A DNA stretch of 61,956 nt, counting the filler. It is 20 parts of 20 records of this genome, joined end to end, with 100 filler letters (N's around TTAATTAATTAA, not from the genome) between each part and the next. Parts side by side here need not be neighbours in the genome. Positions count along the whole stretch, not along the records: positions 12,251 to 15,909 come from SRR16133337_72094; positions 16,010 to 18,284 come from SRR16133337_72452; positions 18,385 to 22,035 come from SRR16133337_72786; positions 22,136 to 30,259 come from SRR16133337_72807; 16 more parts are not named here. One strand, written 5' to 3'. The stretch's first letter is position 1. Each line of letters begins with the position of its first letter. The notes beneath the pieces are model-generated. The model worked only from the letters and a program-made list of their open reading frames with translations, was not told where the DNA came from and did no database searches. Made by a program: the position numbers and the translations under genes. Shown here one piece after another: positions 12,923-22,953 of the stretch.

Positions 12923-14059
12923 ATGAAAATAGGAATTGTTTGTTATCCTACCTTTGGAGGTAGTGGAGTAGTCGCTACAGAGTTAGGAATGGCATTGGCA
13001 CACAAAGGTTATGAAATCCATTTTATTACTTATAATCAACCTGTAAGATTAGATTTTATCTCTAGTGGTTTGCATTTCCATCAAGTAGAGATTCAAGAAT
13101 ACCCACTATTTCAATACCAACCTTACGAATTGGCATTGTCTTCAAAAATGGTTGAAATTGTTTCTCGTTTCAAACTAGAAATTTTACATGTACACTATGC
13201 AATTCCACATGCATACGCCGCTTATATGGCAAAACAAATGCTTAAAGAACAAGGAATTGATGTCAAAGTTGTCACCACTTTACACGGTACAGATATTACC
13301 TTAGTAGGAAGTCATCCTAGTTATAAAACAGCTGTTGAGTTTAGTATCAATCATTCTGACGCAGTTACCACCGTTTCTAATAGCTTGAAAAAGCAAACCT
13401 TAGATTTGTTCAAGATTCGTAAAAAAATACAAGTGATCTATAATTTTATTGAATTGGAGAAATACCCAGATATTTTGCATCAAGAATGTCAGCGCATTTC
13501 CATTGCCAATGAAAACGAACGTATTTTAACACATCTCAGTAATTTTAGACCTGTTAAGCGTGCTAAAGATGTTATAGAAATCTTTTACGAAGTACAAAAG
13601 AAAATTGCTTCAAAACTTCTTTTAGTAGGGAAAGGACCCGATTTGGAAGCTGCGAGAACAAGAGCAAAAGAATTGGGAATTTATAAAAATGTATTGTTTT
13701 TAGGAAACAGTGTCGAATTGGAGAAAATACTCTGTTATACCGATTTGTTCTTATTGCCTTCTGAAACAGAAAGTTTTGGTTTGGCGGCTTTGGAAGCAAT
13801 GGCCGCACAAAGTCCTGTAGTTTCCACGAATACGGGTGGACTTCCAGAAATAAATGTACAAGGAGTTACAGGATTCTTAAGTGATGTTGGTGATGTTCAA
13901 GACATGGCAAAAAATGCGATATATATTCTAGAAGATCTAGAACGTTTAAAGCAGTTTAAAACCTCTGCTTGGGAGCATTCTCGTAAATTTTCTATCGAAG
14001 AGATTTTGCCTCTTTATGAGAATATTTACAAAGAACTAGATGCTTTTAGGGATAAATAG
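12923..14059 (+). CDS. bshA: N-acetyl-alpha-D-glucosaminyl L-malate synthase (GT4, bacillithiol pathway)
   Basis: MKIGIVCYPTFGGSGVVATELG, HVHYAIPHA, TTLHGTDITLVG, ESFGLAALEAMA. Confidence 0.95.
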   Translation: MKIGIVCYPTFGGSGVVATELGMALAHKGYEIHFITYNQPVRLDFISSGLHFHQVEIQEYPLFQYQPYELALSSKMVEIVSRFKLEILHVHYAIPHAYAAYMAKQMLKEQGIDVKVVTTLHGTDITLVGSHPSYKTAVEFSINHSDAVTTVSNSLKKQTLDLFKIRKKIQVIYNFIELEKYPDILHQECQRISIANENERILTHLSNFRPVKRAKDVIEIFYEVQKKIASKLLLVGKGPDLEAARTRAKELGIYKNVLFLGNSVELEKILCYTDLFLLPSETESFGLAALEAMAAQSPVVSTNTGGLPEINVQGVTGFLSDVGDVQDMAKNAIYILEDLERLKQFKTSAWEHSRKFSIEEILPLYENIYKELDAFRDK

Positions 14060-14061
14060 CC

Positions 14062-14200
14062 TATACTCCGTCCCCTTAGAAACCCGAAAGTTTTAGGGTT
14101 GCTAGTTTTTAAGTTGTTGACCCTTCGACAAAGCTTGTCTTGAACTCGTCGAAAGGCTCTGGGCAGACTAAGGCAAAGTTTTCAAACATAGCATTGCTTT
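14062..14200. repeat. Flavobacterial intergenic composite repeat, copy A (contains CCCTTCGAC...GGGCAG palindromic core)
   Basis: Aligns by eye with 21894-22002 and 30360-30470. Confidence 0.75.
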
Positions 14201-14249
14201 AGGTTTCCAATTTTAACGAAGTTAGAAGCAGAAAGGTTGTGGGCAGTTC

Positions 14250-14285
14250 TACCGTATCACGGCATCACCGTATCACTGTTTCACC
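14250..14285 (+). repeat. Octamer tandem repeat overlapping the recQ stop codon
   Basis: taccgtat cacggcat caccgtat cactgttt cacc. Confidence 0.7.
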
Positions 14286-15909
14286 CCTTCTCAAGTATTG
14301 CCAATCCAAACTTCAATACATCGTAAGGCATTTGCTCGTCAAAAAAATCAAAATACCTTTTTAAACTTGTCGTATTTTCTAATTTTTCTTTGGCTTCTGC
14401 AATGAGTAGCACTTCTTTTTTAGTGACAAACGCATTCAAATTGAGATCCAATCCCTCTTGAAATAATTTGAGGTAATGGTTTTGAATGGTTGCCAAACTC
14501 AGTTGGCGTTCTTTGGCAATATCTTCAGCAGTAAAACCCTTTTTGTACAGTTCAAAAGTTTCTTTATAGGTATCTCCTTTTGTTATTTTTGTATTCTTTT
14601 TGACAAGTATTTTTTCTTTGTGAAAAGCAATGATTTCTTTGATAAATTCATAGCCGTAATCTTCAGCCTTTTTACGTCCCACACCATCTATTGCTAAGAA
14701 GTCATTATCTGTCATAGGGTGTTTAACTTCCATTTGTTTTAAGGAAGCATCCGTGAAAACTAAATAGGCAGGGATTTCTTTTTCTTGTGCTATTTTGAGT
14801 CGTAATACACGCAACCTTTCAAACAGCGTATTAGAAGACTTGGTGGTTTTAACCTTTGCTTTCTCTTTACTTTTTAGAGGTTTCATTACGAGGGTCGTAA
14901 AGCGTACTTTTTCATTTTCAAACAACACCTTTTTAGCAAGTTTGCTAAATTTCAAAGCATTATTTTCATGAAAAGCAATTTCACAATAGCCTAAATTTAC
15001 CATCTGAATAACATATTGTTGCAAATCTCTCCAGGCAATGTCTTTGGCAATTCCATAGGTTTTTAAATGCTGATAGCCTTTGTCGTAAATAGCCGCATTT
15101 TGAGAACCTCTTAAAAAATCAACTAAAGTTCCTACGGGTTCCTTTTCTTGCAATCTAAAAATTCCAGAAAGTATTTTTTGAGCCAGTATCGTTCCATCAA
15201 AAAAGGCGGGTGGATTTTTACAGACATCACAGTTGCCACAATCTTTTTTTACAAACTCTCCAAAATAACTTAGCAAAATCTTACGTCGACAACTCAAAGC
15301 TTCCGTATATTGTTGCATACGCTCTAGTTTGGAAAGCTGTACTTCTTTGTTTCCAGAGGTTTCCGCAAACTTTTGCAATTGAATTACGTCTGCATAGCTG
15401 TAGAATAAGAGAGCTTCTGCTTTGATACCATCACGACCTGAACGTCCAATTTCTTGATAATATCCTTCCATGTTTTTAGGAAGGTTGTAATGAATTACCC
15501 AACGTACATTTGACTTGTCAATTCCCATTCCAAAAGCGATCGTAGCACAGATAATTTGACTTCTATCATAAATAAAATCTTCTTGTATTTTAGATCGTTC
15601 TTTAGGGTTGATGCCCGCATGATAGGCTTTTGCTTTAAAACCTTGTTTTGTCAAACGAGCAGCAACTTGTTCTGTAGATTTTCGACTCAAACAATAAATA
15701 ATTCCAGAGGTATTGGGTCTTTCTTTTATAAAATTTACCATCTGAGTAATTCGATCTTGTGCGGCTCTTACTTCCAAAAATATATTAGGACGATCAAAAG
15801 AAGCAATGTGTCGTTTAGCATTGGGTAACTCTAATTGAGTAAGAATATCTTTACGCGTTGCTTTGTCTGCCGTTGCTGTTAAAGCAATGATGGGTGTATT
15901 AGGGAGTCT
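14281..15909 (-). CDS. recQ: ATP-dependent DNA helicase RecQ (5' truncated by contig end)
   Basis: Frame is open to the contig edge: ALTATA, SFDRPNI, ATIAFGMGIDKSNVR, YYQEIGRSGRDG, Zn-binding Cys, RQC, HRDC and C-terminal HTH. Confidence 0.97.
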   Translation of the reverse strand, partial: RLPNTPIIALTATADKATRKDILTQLELPNAKRHIASFDRPNIFLEVRAAQDRITQMVNFIKERPNTSGIIYCLSRKSTEQVAARLTKQGFKAKAYHAGINPKERSKIQEDFIYDRSQIICATIAFGMGIDKSNVRWVIHYNLPKNMEGYYQEIGRSGRDGIKAEALLFYSYADVIQLQKFAETSGNKEVQLSKLERMQQYTEALSCRRKILLSYFGEFVKKDCGNCDVCKNPPAFFDGTILAQKILSGIFRLQEKEPVGTLVDFLRGSQNAAIYDKGYQHLKTYGIAKDIAWRDLQQYVIQMVNLGYCEIAFHENNALKFSKLAKKVLFENEKVRFTTLVMKPLKSKEKAKVKTTKSSNTLFERLRVLRLKIAQEKEIPAYLVFTDASLKQMEVKHPMTDNDFLAIDGVGRKKAEDYGYEFIKEIIAFHKEKILVKKNTKITKGDTYKETFELYKKGFTAEDIAKERQLSLATIQNHYLKLFQEGLDLNLNAFVTKKEVLLIAEAKEKLENTTSLKRYFDFFDEQMPYDVLKFGLAILEKG

Positions 15910-17996
15910 NNNNNNNNNNNNNNNNNNNNNNNNNNNNNNNNNNNNNNNNNNNNTTAATTAATTAANNNNNNNNNNNNNNNNNNNNNNNNNNNNNNNNNNN
16001 NNNNNNNNNTTACCAGAAAATCGGTGAATAACGAAAATTATAAACATCCATTTTCTTCCACAACATTGTTATGATAAGTTTCCCTTAAAATAGTGAGTGA
16101 TCAAAGACACGAAAAGAATATATTTCATCAAAATTTTCACACAAAAAAGATCGGGTGCGTGTGAATTTCCTCTTTTTTTCATGAAAAACAAGAATAAACA
16201 CACCCATGAAAGTGAAAATTTGCATGGTTTAAAAAATATCAACTATCCGTTGAAAAGAAGTGAAATTTCACATCCCTACTCCAACCAAGCCCCCTCTCAC
16301 TACGGTTAAATTTCAAAGAAAAACACCCGCTCAAAGCCGTTTCAAGCCCCCTCAAAAAAACAACCTACTGTCGAGGAATTTCAAATCACCACAAACACAA
16401 AAACCATTCGTTGTCGCTGTAAGATTTGTACCTGATTTTCATCATTTTTGAAGAATTCATGTAACGAATTGCTTATTGCATCAATTTCGTGTTCGGTGTT
16501 TTTTCGTCGAACTAAAAGCATAGAGTGGATTTGCACTTCACAGAAGGAATTTTGGCAAAAAATGCCTTAAAATTTGCTCTTTATAACCTACCATTAATAT
16601 TTTCTGTGCTAACTGTACAAAACAGAAGCAGAAAAATATAACGCATGCTTTTTACGATTTATTGGTTTAGTGAATTCTTATAAACGACATGGTCGAAAAA
16701 TGATAAAAATGCTCTATTAAGTGTATGTAGTTCCAGTTTGAAGTTGGTTTTTAAAATGTTCAGAGAAACTGTTTTTTGTTATGGGGCAATTTACGAGGAT
16801 GGAGAGCTTTTTTTGGGAGTGAGGATTGCTGGTGGTGAGAATAAGTGCTCTGGCTGGTGTGTTGAACAGGGTTTCACAGTGTTTCGAGGACGAGATTTTG
16901 TGGCTGAAAATCCAAATGAAATTGCCACGGTCATTTTGTAAGTGAATTTTTAGAAAGTGAAAGGCAACTTTTCAACCCTCGCCGCCATTTTATACACGAA
17001 AGCCAACCCACAACAACAAAAAATTATTTTGCTCCTTTGTCCCTGAATTTGTATCAAACCAGGACCAGGTACAGTAGTGATAAAAATCAAGTGTTTGAAC
17101 GTGAGGAATGTCAGGAGCCAAAACTACAAATATCATGAAATCCCGTGCATTTGGCTTCAAATATCGATTGGGAAATGTATGAATGTTGGAGTGTCAAGGA
17201 CAGTAGGGAGTCTTTGAATCTAACTTGTCTATTATTTGATATATCTCGTTTTTGCGAAGCGGGAAAAGATTTTGTATGGGAAATGGACATTCATTTAGCC
17301 AGAAACGTACGGGTGCACTTGGAAAACAAGGGGGAAAAAGGTTTATTTTGGTCACAAAGTCTTTCATTTGGATGGCGAAGGAGAAAGTGTACCATTTCGT
17401 ACCAGAAGTCAGGTAACCATTTCGCTAAAATGTAGATTTGGAACAAACAGAAAGTGAATATTTCCACGCTAAGGAAGAAAAAATGCTTTTTGTTTTCATG
17501 ATACTTTCAATAATTCCTCACGTATCAAACGTTTGATTTTCATCATTTACCTTGTCCTGGTGGATATAATGTAATAAGCTTTCACCAAGCGCTTCCCAAT
17601 ATATCATCTTGTGTAATTTTTTTATTGGGATTCAAATCATTTGTCGTTACAACGTATTGACAAATACATTTTACATTATTTGATTTTGTTCTTCTCATTT
17701 TCCAGACACCGCACTTTTTTGATGGGTATGATCACAATTTATGAGCAACCCCACTATAAAACTTCTTTAAAAAACAAAAAATACAGGGAAAACATATTTC
17801 GGTGCTCCTGAATACACTATTATCATTGTATAGCAACAATTAAAATTTGACTAATGAAATCAGTTCTGGCGATGCAGAGTCAGGCAAAAGAATCCAACCG
17901 AGAATTTCGTCACTCATATAAAATTTTATTTTGTCCAAAATTACATTTAAATATGTACAGTTATGGCGTATGCCATTTAACTCAAAGAACAACAAC

Positions 17997-18263
17997 TCAT
18001 TTTTTCTTCTTTCCTTTTCCTTTCTTTTTTGATTTTTTCTCTTCCGCTTTTTTCTTTTTAATTTCATTCCGTATGCGAAATCCTCGATACACGCTTTGCA
18101 TTTTCACAGAGGAATCCCATTCAAGTTGTTTTTGCATATGTACACGTTTATCGTGTTCTATACGAGACTGTTTTGCGGCCGTTTCATTTTCAAATTTTTC
18201 AGTGAATCGTTTCAGTTCCAACAATGTTGCTTCACGTCTCTGAGTTAGTTCTTCCAATTTCCT
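17997..18263 (-). CDS. Terminal exon of an IQ-motif coiled-coil flagellar protein, DRC9/IQCG-like (DRC10/IQCD not excluded)
   Basis: Acceptor tttttactag; coiled coil, IQ-like VKMQSVYRGFRIR, Lys/Gly tail KKKGKGKKKK-stop. Confidence 0.6.
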   Translation of the reverse strand, partial: RKLEELTQRREATLLELKRFTEKFENETAAKQSRIEHDKRVHMQKQLEWDSSVKMQSVYRGFRIRNEIKKKKAEEKKSKKKGKGKKKK

Positions 18264-18443
18264 CTAGTAAAAATAAACAAAATANNNNNNNNNNNNNNNN
18301 NNNNNNNNNNNNNNNNNNNNNNNNNNNNTTAATTAATTAANNNNNNNNNNNNNNNNNNNNNNNNNNNNNNNNNNNNNNNNNNNNCTTCGTTAAAATTTAA
18401 AACCATAGCTACTGTATCTAACTTTAGTTAACAAGACAATCAC

Positions 18444-18451
18444 TACCTTTG
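18444..18451 (+). promoter_or_regulatory. Bacteroidetes -7 promoter element TAnnTTTG upstream of ybeY
   Basis: TACCTTTG 15 nt before the ATG at 18467. Confidence 0.6.
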
Positions 18452-18466
18452 CAAAAATTTATCAAA

Positions 18467-18880
18467 ATGATAACCTTTCATTACGAATTGGATTTTAAGA
18501 TTTTAAATGAAGAAACTCGAAAAGATTGGATTTCCAATTGTATTCAAGAAAATGGATACAAACTAAAGGAGTTGAATTATATTTTTTGTGAGGATGCCTA
18601 TTTGTTAAAATTGAATGTTGAGTTTTTACAACACGATACTTTAACGGATATTATTAGTTTTGATTATAGCCTAGGGAAGTTTGTAGGGGGAGATATTTTT
18701 ATATCTGTAGAACGTGTCATTGAAAATGCCAATGATTTGGAGATTTCTTTTGAAGAAGAATTGAATAGAGTGATGCTACACGGAGTTTTGCACTATATGG
18801 GGTATAAGGACAAAACGAAAGAAGATAAAAAGGCAATGCGTACTAAAGAAAACGAGTGCTTATCTTTATTAAATAATTGA
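18467..18880 (+). CDS. ybeY: rRNA maturation endoribonuclease YbeY
   Basis: HDTLTDIISFDY, GDIFISVE, HGVLHYMGYKD metal motif; ATG 18467 preferred over TTG 18449. Confidence 0.95.
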   Translation: MITFHYELDFKILNEETRKDWISNCIQENGYKLKELNYIFCEDAYLLKLNVEFLQHDTLTDIISFDYSLGKFVGGDIFISVERVIENANDLEISFEEELNRVMLHGVLHYMGYKDKTKEDKKAMRTKENECLSLLNN

Positions 18881-18901
18881 TTATTAGATTTTTAAAAACA
18901 A

Positions 18902-18917
18902 AGTTTCACGTGGAACC
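18902..18917. promoter_or_regulatory. parS-like centromere site
   Basis: aGTTTCACGTGGAACc matches the parS core TGTTTCACGTGGAACA at 14/16 and lies just upstream of mnmG. Confidence 0.8.
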
Positions 18918-18926
18918 CCATTTATT

Positions 18927-20804
18927 ATGAGTCTTTTTACAGATACATACGATGTTATTGTTGTTGGTGGAGGTCATGCAGGATCCGAAGCGGCAGCGGC
19001 GAGTGCTAATATGGGAGCTAAAACTTTGTTGGTTACGATGAGTTTGCAAAACATAGCCCAAATGAGTTGCAATCCTGCTATGGGCGGAATTGCAAAAGGA
19101 CAAATTGTTCGTGAAATTGACGCTCTAGGGGGTTACAGTGGAATTGTTACCGATGAAACAGCAATCCAGTTTAAGATGCTAAACAAATCTAAAGGACCTG
19201 CTATGTGGAGTCCAAGAGCTCAAAGTGATCGGATGCGTTTTGCAGAAAAATGGAGAACGATGTTGGAAGCAACTGAAAATCTTGATTTTTACCAAGATAT
19301 GATTGGGGGCTTGTTAATCGAAGAGGAGGTAATCAAAGGTGTAAAAACGAGTCTGGGATTTCACATCAAAGCGAAAACGGTCGTCATAACTGCGGGAACC
19401 TTTTTAAATGGATGCATTCATATAGGTGAAAAAACATTTGGAGGAGGTAGAGCAGGCGAAAGAGCTTCCACTGGAATTACCGAAGATTTGATAAAAATTG
19501 GTTTTGAGGCAGGACGAATGAAAACAGGAACTCCTCCACGTGTGGATGCACGTTCTTTAGATTTTTCTAAAATGACAGAACAACCAGGTGACGAAAAACC
19601 AGAAAAATTCTCTTATGCAGCCACTACAAAACCCTTGGCAAAACAACGCTCTTGTTATAGGGCATACACCTCTCAAGAGGTACATGATTTGTTACGTACT
19701 GGCTTTGACCGTTCGCCAATGTTTAATGGTAGAATAAAGAGTACAGGTCCAAGATATTGTCCGTCTATAGAAGATAAAATTGATCGTTTTGCGACAAAAG
19801 ATCGACATCAAATATTTATAGAGCCTGAAGGTTGGGACACTTGTGAAATCTATGTAAATGGTTTTTCAACGTCTTTACCAGAAGATATCCAAGACAAAGC
19901 TTTGCGTAAAGTAGCAGGTTTTGAAAAGGTAAAATTTTTAAGATTTGGGTACGCCATCGAATACGATTTCTTTCCACCTACACAGTTGAAACCTACTTTG
20001 GAAACGAAACGGGTTGAAAATTTATTTTTTGCAGGACAAATAAATGGAACAACGGGTTATGAAGAAGCGGCTTCTCAAGGTTTGATGGCAGGAATCAATG
20101 CCGCTTTAAAAACACAAGGGAAACCTCCGTTTGTCTTAAAACGCCACGAGGCGTATATTGGAGTTTTGATAGATGATTTAGTGACAAAGGGCACTGAAGA
20201 GCCGTATCGGATGTTTACATCACGAGCAGAATATAGAACCTTATTACGTCAAGACAATGCAGATTTACGATTGACTCCTAAGGCGTTTGAATTGGGACTT
20301 GTTTCTCAAGAGCGTTTGAATCGTGTCAAAGAAAAGCAAATAAAAACCGATTTATTTGTTGCTTTTTTAAAAGAAACCAGTATAAAACCAGAGGAGGTAA
20401 ATCCAATATTAGCGGCTAAAAATTCAGCCTTGATCCATCAATCTATGAAGATGTTCAAAATTGCAACACGTCCTCAATTGAACTTTGAGGAGGTAAAACA
20501 ATTTCCTAAGGTGTCTGAATTTATTTTGGAACACGCAATCGACAATGAAATTGTTGAACAAACAGAAATACATGTAAAATACGCAGGTTATATCGAAAAA
20601 GAAAAGAACAATGTCAATAAGCTAATACGTCTTGAAAGTGTTGCGATACCTGAAAATTTTGATTATCATAAAGTAAAATCCCTTTCTATTGAGGCACGAC
20701 AAAAGTTGACAAAAATAAAACCGGTTACCATTTCTCAAGCAAGTAGAATTAGTGGAGTTTCTCCAAGTGACATTTCTGTTTTGTTGGTGTATATGGGGAG
20801 GTGA
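18927..20804 (+). CDS. mnmG: tRNA uridine-5-carboxymethylaminomethyl(34) synthesis enzyme MnmG (GidA)
   Basis: VVGGGHAGSEAA, MSCNPAMGG, GPRYCPSIEDK, AGQINGTTGYEEAA, PYRMFTSRAEYR. Confidence 0.99.
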   Translation: MSLFTDTYDVIVVGGGHAGSEAAAASANMGAKTLLVTMSLQNIAQMSCNPAMGGIAKGQIVREIDALGGYSGIVTDETAIQFKMLNKSKGPAMWSPRAQSDRMRFAEKWRTMLEATENLDFYQDMIGGLLIEEEVIKGVKTSLGFHIKAKTVVITAGTFLNGCIHIGEKTFGGGRAGERASTGITEDLIKIGFEAGRMKTGTPPRVDARSLDFSKMTEQPGDEKPEKFSYAATTKPLAKQRSCYRAYTSQEVHDLLRTGFDRSPMFNGRIKSTGPRYCPSIEDKIDRFATKDRHQIFIEPEGWDTCEIYVNGFSTSLPEDIQDKALRKVAGFEKVKFLRFGYAIEYDFFPPTQLKPTLETKRVENLFFAGQINGTTGYEEAASQGLMAGINAALKTQGKPPFVLKRHEAYIGVLIDDLVTKGTEEPYRMFTSRAEYRTLLRQDNADLRLTPKAFELGLVSQERLNRVKEKQIKTDLFVAFLKETSIKPEEVNPILAAKNSALIHQSMKMFKIATRPQLNFEEVKQFPKVSEFILEHAIDNEIVEQTEIHVKYAGYIEKEKNNVNKLIRLESVAIPENFDYHKVKSLSIEARQKLTKIKPVTISQASRISGVSPSDISVLLVYMGR

Positions 20805-20832
20805 TATCCTGTAAATTTTATAAAATGATCCT

Positions 20833-21747
20833 ATGAGTGCAAGAGCCATACATACACCTCCTAACCCTGCTACCTTTGAGACCTATATAACCTGTAAAGA
20901 TCATTTGGTCTCTGATGAAAAATTTAACTTGTTACTGGATGATAATTTAGATTTGTTAATAACCTCTCCTAAACCTGAAAACGAAGATTTAGGAAGTTAT
21001 TATAGAAGTGAAGATTATATTTCACATACAGATGCTAAAAGATCTCTAATTGATTCTGTATATCAAATTGTCAGAAATCATACCTTAAAACAAAAACTAA
21101 AATTGATCAATTCTTTTAATTCAGAAGGAACTAAAATTTTAGACATCGGTGCAGGAACAGGTGATTTTTTAAAAATCTGTTCAAACAACGGTTGGCAGGC
21201 AACAGGTATAGAACCAAATTCTAAGGCACGTAAACTTGCTTTAAAAAAATTAGAAAAGCACAAAACCTCTTTTTTTGAAAGCTTCCAAGACTTGAAAAAA
21301 GAAGAAGGTGTTCTTCTAGGATTTGATGTAATTACTCTATGGCATGTTTTAGAACATGTTCCAAATTTGGAGGAAACTCTTTTTAACTTAAAAAAATTGT
21401 TAAAACCAGAAGGTACCCTCGTAATCGCCGTTCCAAATTTTAAAAGTTATGACGCAACCTATTACAAACAGTTTTGGGCGGCTTATGATGTTCCCCGTCA
21501 TTTATGGCATTTTTCTCAAACAGCAATTCGCAGACTGTTCTTTTTTCAAAGAATGGAAGTCATACAAACCCTTCCCATGAAATTTGATTCTTTTTATGTT
21601 TCTCTTTTAAGTGAAAAATACAAAACCAAAAAAACGAATTTTTTAAAAGCTTTTTGGATTGGTTTTAAATCAAACTACAAAGCAAGAAGAACAAAGGAGT
21701 ATTCTTCACTTACTTATCTCCTAAAAAATACTGAAAAATGGTTTTAA
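20833..21747 (+). CDS. Class I SAM-dependent methyltransferase
   Basis: ILDIGAGTGDF motif I, FDVITLWHVLEHV, WAAYDVPRHLWHF. Confidence 0.92.
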   Translation: MSARAIHTPPNPATFETYITCKDHLVSDEKFNLLLDDNLDLLITSPKPENEDLGSYYRSEDYISHTDAKRSLIDSVYQIVRNHTLKQKLKLINSFNSEGTKILDIGAGTGDFLKICSNNGWQATGIEPNSKARKLALKKLEKHKTSFFESFQDLKKEEGVLLGFDVITLWHVLEHVPNLEETLFNLKKLLKPEGTLVIAVPNFKSYDATYYKQFWAAYDVPRHLWHFSQTAIRRLFFFQRMEVIQTLPMKFDSFYVSLLSEKYKTKKTNFLKAFWIGFKSNYKARRTKEYSSLTYLLKNTEKWF

Positions 21748-21893
21748 GACACGTTTGTCTGTTTTTATCGGAGAAAAGACTTGTGCGTTGTCTTTTTTTT
21801 AAAACCGTCTTAGGAGGTCTTAAAACAAATCTTTTTATATACATATAATTTATTATAAGATAAGTTTCTATAATATTTATTGATGATTTGTTG

Positions 21894-22002
21894 TATACTT
21901 CTCCTTTTAGAAGCCCAAAAGTTTTAGACTTGCTATTTTTGTTGTTGACCCTTCAACGAGTTCAGGGCAGACTAAGGCGAAATTTTCAAGCATAGCAATG
22001 AC
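21894..22002. repeat. Flavobacterial intergenic composite repeat, copy B
   Basis: ttagaagcccaaaagttttag...gacccttcaacgagttcagggcagactaaggcgaaattttcaagcatagc. Confidence 0.75.
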
Positions 22003-22135
22003 TATGTATTATAAACAGATAAATATTCTGCATATNNNNNNNNNNNNNNNNNNNNNNNNNNNNNNNNNNNNNNNNNNNNTTAATTAATTAANNNNNNNNN
22101 NNNNNNNNNNNNNNNNNNNNNNNNNNNNNNNNNNN

Positions 22136-22241
22136 TTCTTTCAAGAAGCGTTTCTTGATTGGAAATAGGAAGATTCCTTTTTTCAGGAGTGCAACTTATA
22201 AAAGAGACAACTAAAAGCACTATGACGAGGTTGGTTTTCAT
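22136..22241 (-). CDS. N-terminus of the next PUL lipoprotein (truncated by contig end)
   Basis: MKTNLVIVLLVVSFISCTPEK lipoprotein signal. Confidence 0.6.
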
Positions 22242-22345
22242 TAAAAAAGGGATTAATTTAAGATTGTTTTTTTAGAGTTAAATCGTATGTTTTAAAAGTT
22301 CTAAGTAATTTTAAGAGGATAAAAAAAACCAATATTTTTGGTCGT

Positions 22346-22936
22346 TTATTCTTCCCAACGAATGTCATCTATATAATAGAGGTCTTCAAGGGTTCCATCC
22401 ACTTGACCCGCATTAAAAAACAAAATGAGTTTGGTGTGTTCATTTCCAAAAGCACTGCTAAAGTCATAGGTATATTCCGTCCATTTTCCTGAGGGAAGTT
22501 CATTACTCCAAACTTCAACAGCCGCCCCAGTGCCCCCTTCTAATTTTGCTAAAATTTGAATAGATCTGTCTAGCCAAACTTTAATTTTTAATTGATCGGT
22601 AGTTGATAAATCGATGCTCTTGGTATAGTCAATAAAAAGACCATCCCAGGCATCTTGACCATTGTCTATATAAGCACCTACATAATCACTAAGATTGATG
22701 CCACTTTTATCTGGATTCTCAACAGGGGTCACTGTACTAGGAATTTCTATATGGCTTTGACACTCAAAATCTTCCCAAATAGAAGCATCGTCCAATTCTG
22801 AAAAACAAGGGTCTCCTTCTTTTATAATTTCATAAGTTTTTTCTTCTTCACAAGAAATAAAAGTGAGGGTCAATATAAATAGAAGGGTAATTTTTCTACG
22901 GTTTTGAATTTGTTTTAAGAGGCTTCTATTTTTCAT
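22346..22936 (-). CDS. PUL lipoprotein, probable beta-sandwich glycan-binding protein
   Basis: Lipobox FISC; VENPDKSGIN, WTEYTYDFS, YYIDDIRW; located in a susCD operon. Confidence 0.7.
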   Translation of the reverse strand: MKNRSLLKQIQNRRKITLLFILTLTFISCEEEKTYEIIKEGDPCFSELDDASIWEDFECQSHIEIPSTVTPVENPDKSGINLSDYVGAYIDNGQDAWDGLFIDYTKSIDLSTTDQLKIKVWLDRSIQILAKLEGGTGAAVEVWSNELPSGKWTEYTYDFSSAFGNEHTKLILFFNAGQVDGTLEDLYYIDDIRWEE

Positions 22937-22953
22937 AAAAATTGTATTAAGTT

